From NCBI GenBank assembly GCA_031262035.1, contig JAISIL010000054.1, positions 23,425 through 87,424 on the forward strand: a stretch of DNA of 64,000 nucleotides, given 5' to 3'. Below the pieces are notes generated by a model that did no database searches, was not told the origin of the DNA, and worked only from the letters and a program-made list of their open reading frames with translations. This stretch comes from Spirochaetaceae bacterium. Lineage in GTDB: Bacteria; Spirochaetota; Spirochaetia; Treponematales; Breznakiellaceae. This document shows, one piece after another, positions 9,270 to 19,391 of this stretch (positions are counted from its first letter, which is position 1; each line of letters starts with the position of its first letter). Position numbers and translations under genes: made by a program.

Positions 9270-10329
9270 ACTTTTTATTCTATTTCTAATTACTCCAGTA
9301 TTTCTATTTTCTCAAAACCTCACCCTCTCCCAAAAAGCCGGGCAGGTTATCCTTGCTGCTATTGATGGCAGTAAAACGCTGGCCCCTTACATGAAAAATA
9401 TTCTCGAGGAGGCAAGCCCCGGCGGCATTCTTCTTTTTCGCTATAACCTTAATGCCTCGCCTGCAGAAAATGCTATTTATATAGAAGAAATTAGCAAGGT
9501 GGTAGCGAATAAGGCTGCCGGAATCAGGCCTTTTATGGCGGTAGACCAGGAAGGCGGCACGGTGCAGCGTTTTGTTGGGGGTTATGCACGGCTTCCCAAT
9601 GCCAGTTCCTATGCTGCTTCCCCGGCGGCCGACCCCCTTGCTGCCTTACAAAGGGATGCAGCCAAGGCCGCAAAGGACATGCAGGCAATCGGAATAAACT
9701 TAAACCTTGCCCCCTTGGGTGAGGTTCTTCGTGCGGAAAATGAGCCATTTTTAAAAGAACGGTCTTATGGGCCGGACACTAATTTTGTCTACAATGCCTG
9801 CACAAGATTTATCAATGCCATGCAGGCGAATGGTATTATCTGTGTGTTAAAGCACTTCCCCGATTCCGGTTCCGGCGACCCCCATAAGGGCGAACAGCAT
9901 GTGCCATACAGCAAGGCCGAATTGACCGGGATTGCAGCGCCAATGATTAAACTATTGCACAACAATGAAGCTTCTGCCGTAATGGTTTCACATGCAGTGA
10001 TAGACCGGATTGACGATACACAAGCGGGAAGCATGTCGGAAAAGGTAATCACCGAATGGCTGCAAGGGGAAATAGGCTTTAATGGCCTTATCATTGCCGA
10101 TGATTTTTCTATGGCAGGCGCCTTGGCCGGTTCTGCAGCAGCAAAAGACCCAAATGCTGCTGCCATAAAGGCCCTTGCTGCCGGTGTAGACATGGTCATC
10201 TGCTGGCCCCCCGACATAAAAAAACTCCACAAGGCCATTATCAATGCAGTCCACACCGGAATATTACCCGAAGAACGGCTTGACAATGCGGTATCTAAGA
10301 TTATAAAGTTAAAAGTAAACCACGAATAG
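9253..10329 (+). CDS. Glycoside hydrolase family 3 beta-N-acetylhexosaminidase-like protein (secreted)
   Basis: KHFPDSGSGDPH and ADDFSMAGA motifs. The start is uncertain. No ATG precedes the conserved N-terminus except 9088, which lies inside glgP. The in-frame TTG at 9253 gives a signal-peptide-like MCHSWLLFILFLITPVFLFSQ. The last codons (NHE*) lie in the repeat at 10318. Confidence 0.7.
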   Translation: MCHSWLLFILFLITPVFLFSQNLTLSQKAGQVILAAIDGSKTLAPYMKNILEEASPGGILLFRYNLNASPAENAIYIEEISKVVANKAAGIRPFMAVDQEGGTVQRFVGGYARLPNASSYAASPAADPLAALQRDAAKAAKDMQAIGINLNLAPLGEVLRAENEPFLKERSYGPDTNFVYNACTRFINAMQANGIICVLKHFPDSGSGDPHKGEQHVPYSKAELTGIAAPMIKLLHNNEASAVMVSHAVIDRIDDTQAGSMSEKVITEWLQGEIGFNGLIIADDFSMAGALAGSAAAKDPNAAAIKALAAGVDMVICWPPDIKKLHKAIINAVHTGILPEERLDNAVSKIIKLKVNHE

Positions 10330-10394
10330 CACGAATCCGCTTCGCGGACACGAATATTCGTGTGGCCTTTAGGCCATTCGTGTCATTCGTGGTT
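10318..10394. repeat. CACGAAT-heptamer palindromic element, copy 2 (most symmetric)
   Basis: AACCACGAATAGCACGAAT-CCGCTTCGCGGA-CACGAATATTCGTG-TGGCCTTTAGGCC-ATTCGTGTCATTCGTGGTT. Confidence 0.85.
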
Positions 10395-10410
10395 ATTTTA
10401 GGAATTAATT

Positions 10411-11808
10411 ATGAAGAAAGCAAATAATACAATCTACCGCTGCTCCTCCTGCGGCCATGAAGAACCGAAATGGTTAGGCCGTTGTCCGGAGTGCGGGGAA
10501 TGGAATACCCTTACAGAATGTGCCTTGCCCAAAGGCGCCGGTGCTTCTGCTTTTGAAAGGCAAAATGGCCAGGCTGCCACCTCTCTGCCTTTAGTGGCAG
10601 TAGACCCACAGGAAGGAACCCGCATCCCCAGCGGCATCCCCGAGCTTGACCGGGTGCTTGGTGGCGGTATAATGAAGCGTTCGGCCATATTGATAGGCGG
10701 CGAACCTGGTGTTGGTAAGTCAACACTGCTTTTGCAAATGGCCGCCCTGGTGCAAACAAAAGGCCGTGTCCTCTATGTGTCGGCCGAAGAATCGGCAGGG
10801 CAACTGCGTATGCGTGCCGACCGTTTGGGCCTTGGAAGCAATTCTATCGAAGTATGTTCTTCCTCCCGCCTGGAAGATATAGAAACTGTAATGGAGGCGG
10901 TGAAGCCCATTATCGTTATAATTGACTCAATACAAACGGTGTATTCCACACAGGGCGGCCCCGCACCGGGAAGTGTTAACCAGATGAAATACTGCGCTTG
11001 GGAGCTGATTAACTGGGTAAAGGAACATGATGCATCGCTTTTTATTGTAGCCCATGTTACAAAGGATGGGGTTATCTCCGGCCCCAAAACCATTGAACAC
11101 ATGGTTGATGCCGTCATCTATTTTGAAGGCATGGCACAGGGGACATCGGGCGACGACTGCCGCTTTATTCGTGCGGCAAAAAACCGTTTTGGTTCTGTTG
11201 ACGAAATTGGTATCTTCCTTATGGGCGAAAAGGGCCTTCAGGGTGTTGATGACCCGGGCCGTATTCTTTTGACCCAGCGTTCAAAACTTGGCCCTGACGG
11301 CAAAGCCCTGCCTCTTCCCGCAGGTGTGGCAATCGCAGCCGTTTTGGAAGGCAGCCGTGCCCTGCTGGTAGAGGTGCAGGCCCTTACCGTTGATGCAAAA
11401 GGAGCCGTTTCTCGGGTGTTTTCCGGTAATGTAGAATCGGCCCGGGTGGCCCGCATAGCGGCAACCTTGGAAAAACACCTTAATTTAAGGCTTGGCGACC
11501 AGGACCTGTATATAAACATTGCAGGAGGGCTCCGGGTAGCCGAGGTTGGGGTGGAACTTGCCCTTGCAGCAGCCATTTATTCAGCACGAAGCGGGCTTTC
11601 CCTGCCGCAAAACCTTGCTATTTCAGGCGAACTGACCCTTGCAGGCGAAGCCCGCCCTGTTCGCCGCCTTGCCGGCCGCCTTAATGCCGCAGAGGCCCTG
11701 GGTTTTACCCGCTTCGTCTGCCCCATAAGCGAAGAAAGCCAGCAAAGCGCCCTTAAGATTGACTACATCAAAGACATAAAAACCGGTATAAAAGCTATCT
11801 TCGGCTAA
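10411..11808 (+). CDS. radA: DNA repair protein RadA/Sms
   Basis: N-terminal zinc finger YRCSSCGHEEPKWLGRCPECGEWNT, Walker A GGEPGVGKST, the KNRFG motif and a Lon-like C-terminal domain. Confidence 0.95.
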   Translation: MKKANNTIYRCSSCGHEEPKWLGRCPECGEWNTLTECALPKGAGASAFERQNGQAATSLPLVAVDPQEGTRIPSGIPELDRVLGGGIMKRSAILIGGEPGVGKSTLLLQMAALVQTKGRVLYVSAEESAGQLRMRADRLGLGSNSIEVCSSSRLEDIETVMEAVKPIIVIIDSIQTVYSTQGGPAPGSVNQMKYCAWELINWVKEHDASLFIVAHVTKDGVISGPKTIEHMVDAVIYFEGMAQGTSGDDCRFIRAAKNRFGSVDEIGIFLMGEKGLQGVDDPGRILLTQRSKLGPDGKALPLPAGVAIAAVLEGSRALLVEVQALTVDAKGAVSRVFSGNVESARVARIAATLEKHLNLRLGDQDLYINIAGGLRVAEVGVELALAAAIYSARSGLSLPQNLAISGELTLAGEARPVRRLAGRLNAAEALGFTRFVCPISEESQQSALKIDYIKDIKTGIKAIFG

Positions 11809-11900
11809 ACTGGAATATTAAAAAAGAATCACAAAATCTATTAAGTTTTTTTCTGCTTTTCCGATAACTTAAAATGAGGTGTGCAAGCAAAGTGCAAGAC

Positions 11901-14366
11901 ATGAAAGTTATTGGATTACTTCTTAAAATACTCATTCCGCTTTATTGCGCTACTCTATTGGGCTGCCTTAATCCATTGACTGCTCCTGAGGTGAATAATG
12001 GGGTGGAGATTGTTATAGGCTACAATCCTGAGGATACAGTGGCCCCCTCCAGGGCAAGAACCATTACCCCTATTGGCTTTCAGGATGAACTTGATTATCT
12101 TATACGCTTTCAGGATACGACCCAGGATAGTAACGGGGTAAGAGATACTCAATATTTTGTGATAAGTAACAATTCTACCACAGGAACAGGAAACACTAGG
12201 CGCCGTGTTTTGCTTGAAACGGGGAACTATTATATAGATGTTGTCGGTTTTGTCGGGGGAACAATTAGCGGAAGCAGTCCGACACTGACAGAAGCACTAT
12301 TTGATGACTGGGATGCAGACAGTGAACCAGGCTTTGTGTTTGGTGCAGATGGAGGCGCACCTGTTATCCCTACTTTATGGCAAGTGGCCGGTATTTATGA
12401 TAAAATTGTTGCCACCGGGCAGACTATAAATGGAAACTTTCCTAATCAGGTAAATGTTCCCAGGGGTGATATTATACAGATACCGGTTCCACTAAAAGGT
12501 TTTACTGATAGGACAATTAATTCGGCAGTTGGCACACTGAGTTACCATTTTGTTATGCCGAATGATATGACCGGTAAAGATACCGCAGGAGGGGATGAAA
12601 ATACCTACGATGAAGCCTGGGTAGAAATGGCCCCCACGGCAATGATTAATTCTGACGGCACAGTCAATTACTACAATGCAGATGGTTCGGATACAACGAG
12701 TTATAATACTATCGAGGACCTTGAAGACCTTTCTATATGGGCTGGTACTAATTCTTCACTGATGAGTACAGACATACTTTACATTATACCAAGGGCTGCT
12801 ACCAGTGCCGCTACGACAGGATATACCTGGGTTGGCCCCAACACAGCAGAAGCTGATTTTGTGCAGACCTATTGGTATAATAACTTTTTTAACCCTGCAG
12901 CCACTCCGGTAACAACGCCGACAAATCCAACAGGCAGCGCTAGCTATGCTCCCGGCTTTTATACGGTTACTGCAACTGTCATAAAAAGATTGGATGCACA
13001 GGATGTCAGGGAGGCAACAAAAACAGATGTCCTGCACCTCTACCAGGGGGCAACTACCTATTTGGATTGGAGCTTTTTGAATGATTCGCTTTCCAATGCA
13101 CCGGGAGGAACGGTAACGGTAAACTATGAAGATACCGGCGACCGGCTTTTTACCACCGACCTTGTTACCTTATATAAGGATTGGGATGATGATAATGACG
13201 GGGCTTATACCTCGGATTATGATTGGGAATCGCGACAAAAAACGGTAACAATTAGCTGGAATACAGGTGAATGGAATGCCTTTAACAATTTCAGGGTAGA
13301 GATTGACGGTGAAACATGGCGAACCGGTGCAGGTTTTGCCTCAATGCCGGTGAATGCAGGCGGAACGATTGCAACACTTGCCGCATCGGTCGGCTTTAAA
13401 CTGGATGTTGCAGACTTTCAACTGGGGAACCATGCTTTTACCCTAAAGGCCACAGAAAGGGAAACAGGGGCTGAATGGTCAAAGCGTATTACTGTTCGTT
13501 CCGAACATGGGCCCGGCCTTTGGAAGGGCGACAGGCTGGTAAAAATTCTAAATACTTCGGCAACTACCACTGCCGCTGCACCATACCCCGATGCCATTCC
13601 GGCGACTTTTATAGAAAACGCTCTTACCCATATTCAATATGCAGGGGCTCCTTCGGGGACCAATTGGTATATAAACTTTACCGGTGAGCAAACGCTCATT
13701 GATGATTTGAACCTGACTGTAAACCAAAATATTACTCTTTCAGGTATAGCGGCTACAACAAATAATGCCTACAGCACTGCCTGGCCGAATGTAACGAGCA
13801 CAGGAACTTTATTTGCAACATTGGGTGCTAATCATACCCTTGTTCTTACCGGACAGATGTATGTAAAGGGAACTGACAATGAGAGCAGAATGATTACTGT
13901 TGGTAATGCGACTGCCAATCTGGTGCTTTCAGGTAATACACGCTTGCAGGGGCAAACAGGCGGGGCATTAAGTATAACGGCAGGAAAGGTAGTCCTGAAT
14001 GACCTGGCTACTATTATTGATAATACAGTAACAGGATCAACAGACGGCGGAGGTATAAGTCTTACCGGTGCCGGTTCTTTAACGATGAATGGTGGAATAA
14101 TAGCAGGTAATACTTCGAATGATTATGGCGGCGGTATATATATTGCAGCAAATGCTTCTATCCGCTTTGCAAAGAACGGGGGCATTATCTATGGTATAGA
14201 TGACCTTACAAATGCTAATACCGGAACAACAGAGGGCGCTGCATTGAACTTTAATAGTGCCACTACAGGAAATTATAGAAACCGGAATAAGACAATTGGA
14301 ACAGGGGATAAACTGCTGTATACCGGCGGTGTATGGACATTGTGGAACAATGACCCGCCGGATTAA
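11901..14366 (+). CDS. Paralogous surface-lipoprotein family member P1 (beta-helix-like C-terminus)
   Basis: Lipobox ATLLGC. Shares the N-terminal module, the GPGLW hinge and the Gly/Asn-rich repeat C-terminus ending WNNDPPD with P2, P3 and P5. An alternative start lies at 11874. Confidence 0.8.
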   Translation: MKVIGLLLKILIPLYCATLLGCLNPLTAPEVNNGVEIVIGYNPEDTVAPSRARTITPIGFQDELDYLIRFQDTTQDSNGVRDTQYFVISNNSTTGTGNTRRRVLLETGNYYIDVVGFVGGTISGSSPTLTEALFDDWDADSEPGFVFGADGGAPVIPTLWQVAGIYDKIVATGQTINGNFPNQVNVPRGDIIQIPVPLKGFTDRTINSAVGTLSYHFVMPNDMTGKDTAGGDENTYDEAWVEMAPTAMINSDGTVNYYNADGSDTTSYNTIEDLEDLSIWAGTNSSLMSTDILYIIPRAATSAATTGYTWVGPNTAEADFVQTYWYNNFFNPAATPVTTPTNPTGSASYAPGFYTVTATVIKRLDAQDVREATKTDVLHLYQGATTYLDWSFLNDSLSNAPGGTVTVNYEDTGDRLFTTDLVTLYKDWDDDNDGAYTSDYDWESRQKTVTISWNTGEWNAFNNFRVEIDGETWRTGAGFASMPVNAGGTIATLAASVGFKLDVADFQLGNHAFTLKATERETGAEWSKRITVRSEHGPGLWKGDRLVKILNTSATTTAAAPYPDAIPATFIENALTHIQYAGAPSGTNWYINFTGEQTLIDDLNLTVNQNITLSGIAATTNNAYSTAWPNVTSTGTLFATLGANHTLVLTGQMYVKGTDNESRMITVGNATANLVLSGNTRLQGQTGGALSITAGKVVLNDLATIIDNTVTGSTDGGGISLTGAGSLTMNGGIIAGNTSNDYGGGIYIAANASIRFAKNGGIIYGIDDLTNANTGTTEGAALNFNSATTGNYRNRNKTIGTGDKLLYTGGVWTLWNNDPPD

Positions 14367-14391
14367 GGAAGAAGGGAGAGAGATAAAAAAG

Positions 14392-16830
14392 ATGAAGAAA
14401 AAACATCTTTCTGATTTATGTATTAAAATAAGCATTTTTCTCTTTTGTTCACTGGTCGTAAGCTGTCTTAACCCGCTTGAAGCGCCTGATGTAGAAAATA
14501 ATGTAGAGATAATTATAGGCTATAATCCCGATGACACGGTAGACCCTGCCGCGGCAAGAACTGTTACCCCAATAGGCTTTCAGAATGGGCTGGATTACCT
14601 GATTCGTTTTCAGGAACAAGATACTAATCCTACGGTAAATCATTATTTTACTATTTCTCAAGGTTCTATAAGCCGGCGTATTGTTATCGACCCGGGACAA
14701 TACCATATAGATGTCGTGGGCTTTGTAGGGGGAACTATTAGCGGCGCGACTCCAAAACTGGGGGAAACAGTAGGCAGCCCTACATCGGTAGTTGCAGCAT
14801 TCGATGCCTGGACTGCACAAAGCCAGTCCGACGGGGTGTTCGTCGTAGACGGGCCAAATGAAATACCGTGGCAAGTAGCCGATGTTTGGGATAAGATTGT
14901 TGCCACCGGGCAGACGATAAATGGAAACACCCCCAATCAGGTAGATATACCAAGGGGTGATATTCTAAAGATACCGGTTCCCCTTATTGGCTTTACCGAT
15001 AAGGTAGCTGCCACCTCACTGGGAAGTTTAAATTATAACTTGATGCTGCCTGGTCAAATGACCGGTAAAGACAGCAATGGCGGCGATGATAATACCTACG
15101 ACCAAGCCTGGCTTGAATGGACGTCCACTGAAGTAATTGCGAGTACTGGTGAAACAAATATCTACAATGCAGATAGTTCGGATGCAAGTTATACCGGAAT
15201 AGATGATGTAGATGAACTGGCAGCATGGGCGGACGACGGGCATGAGGGTAGTGTTTCTGCCGATGCGCTATACCTTATAACATCGGGCCTTCTCGGTTAC
15301 CGTTGGGTTGGGCCCACTTATACGGCTGCAGATTTTGTTGTGGCATACAAGAAAATAGATTTCTTTCCGCCTAATGCTACCCCGGTAACAAATCCTGATA
15401 CTTCGGATACCGATGCTGCGGTGGTTCCCGGTTTTTATACGGTGAAGGCAGGTGTTATTAAAAGAATAGACGACGAGGATGTCCGGCGTGCAACTATCAC
15501 CGATACAATGCACATCTACCAGGGGGCAACTACCTATCTGGACTGGACCATTACCGATGACATGCTGGCAAATAACCCCGGCGGTGTAGTAAATATCAAT
15601 TACAATGATGCAGGCGACGACCTCTTCGAAACCGATTTGGTAACCCTGTATAAAAGCTGGGACGATGAAAATAATACCTACGACTGGACATCGCCGCAAC
15701 AGCAGGTAACTCTTTTATGGAATAAAACTGCATGGACAAGCCATGGTTTCGGGAACTTTAAAATAGAAATTGACGGTGAAAGGTGGAATAACAGCGGTAT
15801 TACTCCAGCATTTGCCTCAGGGCTTGTGGAAGGCGGTTCGGCCTCGTCAATAGTCTCATCAACAGGCTTTATTTTCAGGGTGAGCGATTTCCAGGTAGGA
15901 GACCATACTTTTACCTTAAGTGCAGAGGACAATGCAAGTCCTCCTGTTACCTGGACAAAGACCATCACTATTCGTTCCGAAAGAGGCCCCGGTTTATGGC
16001 AGGGGAATCGTCTGGTGAAAACACTGACTACGGACAGCGGAACAGCCCCCGCACCGGCGCCGGGAAGCATTAATGAATACTTTTTAACAAATGCTCTTTA
16101 TCATATTAATAATACTACGGCGCCCAATGATACAAATTGGTATATTAACTTTACCGATGCACAGGCAGTAACTGCAGCTTTAACCCTTAAGGCAAACCAG
16201 AATATTACTATTTCCGGTATTGCCGCTACTACTGACAATGTCTATCAGAGTTCCTGGCCTTATATACAACTTGTTACCCCATTGGCTACATTGGCTACAG
16301 TAGGGGCGAGTCAAAGGCTTACCCTGACAGGGCAAATGAGTATTCGGGGAAATATAGCAAGTAGTTCCAGAATGATTACAGTGAATAATGCAAGCGGCAT
16401 CCTTGTTCTTGGGGGGAATGTACGGCTTATGAACCAAGGAGCCGGAGCGCTCAGTCTATCCGCAGGTAGTGTGTATATGAACGACCTTGCAACAATTACC
16501 GGCAATAGTTCTAGCCAAGGGGCAGGTGTTTATATTACCGATGGTTCATTTACCATGAATGGCGGAATAATAGCAGGTAATGTGGCAAGCACTTATGGCG
16601 GCGGCATCTATATTGGGCCAAATACCGACCGCTTTGCCAAGAATGGCGGTATCATTTATGGCAGTGATGATCCGACGAACTATAATACTGCAGCAACTGA
16701 TGGCGCTGCACTGAATTACAATGCAGCAGTAGCAGGGGCGAGAAACAGAAATAAAACAATAGGAACAGGCGACAAACTACTGTTAGTGGCTGGAACCTGG
16801 ACCTTGTGGAACAATGATCCGCCGGATTAA
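14392..16830 (+). CDS. Paralogous lipoprotein P2
   Basis: MKKKHLSDL..., lipobox LVVSC. Collinear with P1 throughout and ends WNNDPPD. The track ORF start at 14257 overlaps P1 and is rejected. Confidence 0.8.
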   Translation: MKKKHLSDLCIKISIFLFCSLVVSCLNPLEAPDVENNVEIIIGYNPDDTVDPAAARTVTPIGFQNGLDYLIRFQEQDTNPTVNHYFTISQGSISRRIVIDPGQYHIDVVGFVGGTISGATPKLGETVGSPTSVVAAFDAWTAQSQSDGVFVVDGPNEIPWQVADVWDKIVATGQTINGNTPNQVDIPRGDILKIPVPLIGFTDKVAATSLGSLNYNLMLPGQMTGKDSNGGDDNTYDQAWLEWTSTEVIASTGETNIYNADSSDASYTGIDDVDELAAWADDGHEGSVSADALYLITSGLLGYRWVGPTYTAADFVVAYKKIDFFPPNATPVTNPDTSDTDAAVVPGFYTVKAGVIKRIDDEDVRRATITDTMHIYQGATTYLDWTITDDMLANNPGGVVNINYNDAGDDLFETDLVTLYKSWDDENNTYDWTSPQQQVTLLWNKTAWTSHGFGNFKIEIDGERWNNSGITPAFASGLVEGGSASSIVSSTGFIFRVSDFQVGDHTFTLSAEDNASPPVTWTKTITIRSERGPGLWQGNRLVKTLTTDSGTAPAPAPGSINEYFLTNALYHINNTTAPNDTNWYINFTDAQAVTAALTLKANQNITISGIAATTDNVYQSSWPYIQLVTPLATLATVGASQRLTLTGQMSIRGNIASSSRMITVNNASGILVLGGNVRLMNQGAGALSLSAGSVYMNDLATITGNSSSQGAGVYITDGSFTMNGGIIAGNVASTYGGGIYIGPNTDRFAKNGGIIYGSDDPTNYNTAATDGAALNYNAAVAGARNRNKTIGTGDKLLLVAGTWTLWNNDPPD

Positions 16831-16875
16831 TGTTCCACAGGGAATATATTAGATAGAGAGGTGGTTAAATTGAAA

Positions 16876-19380
16876 ATGACTCGTGGACACAGATTTTTAC
16901 TTTCCGGAGCGCTTACGCTCCTTGTGTGCTCAACAATTATGAGCTGCTGGACAGGCCTTGAAGCGCCTGATGTTGGAAATGGGGTAGAAGTAATTATTGG
17001 CTATAACCCCGATGATACTGTTGCACTTTCTGCTTCCAGAACAGTAACCCCTATAGGCTTTCAGGATGATTTAGACTACCTGATTCGTTTTCAGAACGGA
17101 GATGATTCCTCAGAAAATCATTATTTTACTATTTCTCAAGGTTCTATAAGACGGCGTGTGGTTCTTGATCCCGGTAATTATAAGATAGATGTAGTGGGCT
17201 TTGTCGGAGGAACTATTAGCGGTGGGTCAGCAATTCTTACCGGTGATACCACCGGGACAGCAGCCGCTGAATTTTCGGACTGGGTTACGCCAAGCTCATC
17301 TGAAGGGGTTTTTACCCAGGACTCTGCGCGGCCGATTCCGGCTGATTGGATTACCGGCCAAGTAAATGAGGCAATAGTTGTAGTAGGGCAAACAATAAGT
17401 TCTGCCGGAACCTATACCAATGAAGTGGTTATTCCCCGTGGTGATATTATTCGAATTACTGTCCCCCTGGTAGGCTATATATATGGTGAAAATGGCACTT
17501 TAGATTATAAGATTACCTTGCCCGGAGATATGACCGGTAAGAATACAGCCGGCGGGGATGAAAACACCTATGATGAAGCCTGGCTTGAATGGACAGCCAA
17601 TGAAATGATTGATGCGTCCAATGGCGAAACAAATATTTACAATGCAAATGGTTTGGATGCAAGTTATACCGGAATAACTGCTCTAGCCGATCTGGTAACA
17701 TGGGCGGACGGGCATCAGAGTAGTGTTTCTAGCGATGCGCTATATCTTATAACATCGGGCCTTCTTGGTTACCGTTGGGATGGTGCCGGCTATACGGCTA
17801 CAGATTTTGTTCCGGCATACAAGAAAGTAAATTTCCTGGCGCCTGCCAATCCGCCTGCTACAGGCACTTCTCCCAGTTCGCCGCTTGCTGCTGAAGAAGA
17901 CCTGGCTCCCGGTTTCTACACTGTTTCAGCGACTGTTATAAAACGAATAAGTGAAGAAGATGCAAAAAAAGCGATACGCTCGGATACTCTGCATATTTAT
18001 CAGGCAACTACCACCTACCTTGACTGGGTATTTACCGATGATATGCTTGCCAATGCGCCCGGCGGTATCGTCACTGTTCAGTATAATGATGCAGGCGATG
18101 ATCTCTTTGATACCGATCTGGTAACTCTCTATAAAGATTGGGATGATGAAAACGATGCTTATGATTGGACATCGCCACTAGAAACAGTATCTATAGACTG
18201 GAATGACGCCGGTTGGGAAAAACACGGATTTGATAGTTATAACTTAAGAATAGAAATCGATGGTGAAAACTATAGTAATGCCAATCCTCCCTTTGAATCA
18301 AAACTTGTTGGTGGGACAACTATTTCTGCTTCAACAGGTTTTACCTTTGATGTTCGCGACTTTCAGGTGGGAAACCATACCTTTACTTTAATTGCAAAAA
18401 ATAACAATTCGCCAAACATTGTATGGAGTAAGACAATTACTGTCCGCTCGGAAAGAGGTCCCGGCCTGTGGCAGGAAAATAAATTGATAAAAAAATATTA
18501 TACCAGTTCTTCTCTTCAAACGAACCCTGCACCGACACCGACAGAAATTGCGTCAAACTCAAGCTTTATTAAAGACGCTCTTGTGCACATCAGATACGCC
18601 GGCGCTACTGCGAATACAAATTGGTATATTAACTTTAGCGGAAACCAGACAATAAATGAACCATTAACAAACTCAAGTGGTTTTGCTGTAAATCAGAATA
18701 TCACACTCTCCGGTATTGCAGCAACTGAGAACAATGTGTATGTGGCAAGCTGGCCTGCAATTATCTTAGATGGTGCTGCGTCCTCATTGGCCAGCCTCGG
18801 CAATGGACAGCATCTTACCATTACCGGACAGACAGATATACGTGGAAATACTAATACTACAAGGATGCTAACAGTAGGTAATGCGAATGCATCATTGGTA
18901 CTTGGAGGCAATGTCAGAATCAGCGGGCATTCAGGCGGCGCTCTGTCTGTGACTGCTGGAACTCTTGTTATGAATGATCTGGTAAACATTACTGGAAATA
19001 CTGCAAGCACAAGAGGCGTCGGCGTAAGTGTTTCAGGCGGTTCCTTTACCATGAATGGTGGAATTATATCAAATAATAATGCTACTGCAACTGGCGTTAG
19101 CGGTGGTGGTGGTGGTGTATATGTAGGAGCAACGGCCACTCGCTTTGCCAAAAATGGCGGCATTATTTATGGCGAGGAAGCAGATGAAGCACTATCAAAT
19201 AAAATACAATACGATGCCATCGGAGCTGCATTAAACTATAATAATTCTTCTGCTACACGATACCGAAATAAAACAATTGGCTACGGCGATAAACTGCTGT
19301 ATATCGGCGGCTCTCCTACTGCTGATGACGGTTGGACTTCGACGGGAGGCGGCCTTTGGAACCTGGATCCGGCTGATTAA
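16876..19380 (+). CDS. Paralogous lipoprotein P3
   Basis: MTRGHRFLL..., lipobox TIMSC. Collinear with P1 and P2 and ends WNLDPAD. Confidence 0.8.
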   Translation: MTRGHRFLLSGALTLLVCSTIMSCWTGLEAPDVGNGVEVIIGYNPDDTVALSASRTVTPIGFQDDLDYLIRFQNGDDSSENHYFTISQGSIRRRVVLDPGNYKIDVVGFVGGTISGGSAILTGDTTGTAAAEFSDWVTPSSSEGVFTQDSARPIPADWITGQVNEAIVVVGQTISSAGTYTNEVVIPRGDIIRITVPLVGYIYGENGTLDYKITLPGDMTGKNTAGGDENTYDEAWLEWTANEMIDASNGETNIYNANGLDASYTGITALADLVTWADGHQSSVSSDALYLITSGLLGYRWDGAGYTATDFVPAYKKVNFLAPANPPATGTSPSSPLAAEEDLAPGFYTVSATVIKRISEEDAKKAIRSDTLHIYQATTTYLDWVFTDDMLANAPGGIVTVQYNDAGDDLFDTDLVTLYKDWDDENDAYDWTSPLETVSIDWNDAGWEKHGFDSYNLRIEIDGENYSNANPPFESKLVGGTTISASTGFTFDVRDFQVGNHTFTLIAKNNNSPNIVWSKTITVRSERGPGLWQENKLIKKYYTSSSLQTNPAPTPTEIASNSSFIKDALVHIRYAGATANTNWYINFSGNQTINEPLTNSSGFAVNQNITLSGIAATENNVYVASWPAIILDGAASSLASLGNGQHLTITGQTDIRGNTNTTRMLTVGNANASLVLGGNVRISGHSGGALSVTAGTLVMNDLVNITGNTASTRGVGVSVSGGSFTMNGGIISNNNATATGVSGGGGGVYVGATATRFAKNGGIIYGEEADEALSNKIQYDAIGAALNYNNSSATRYRNKTIGYGDKLLYIGGSPTADDGWTSTGGGLWNLDPAD

Positions 19381-19391
19381 AGGGAAAAAGT

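Noticed and set aside
14257-14391. N-terminal extension of lipoprotein P2 overlapping the end of P1
   Set aside because: The extension lacks a signal peptide. The ATG at 14392 gives a canonical MKKK plus hydrophobic plus lipobox start, preceded by a purine-rich SD.
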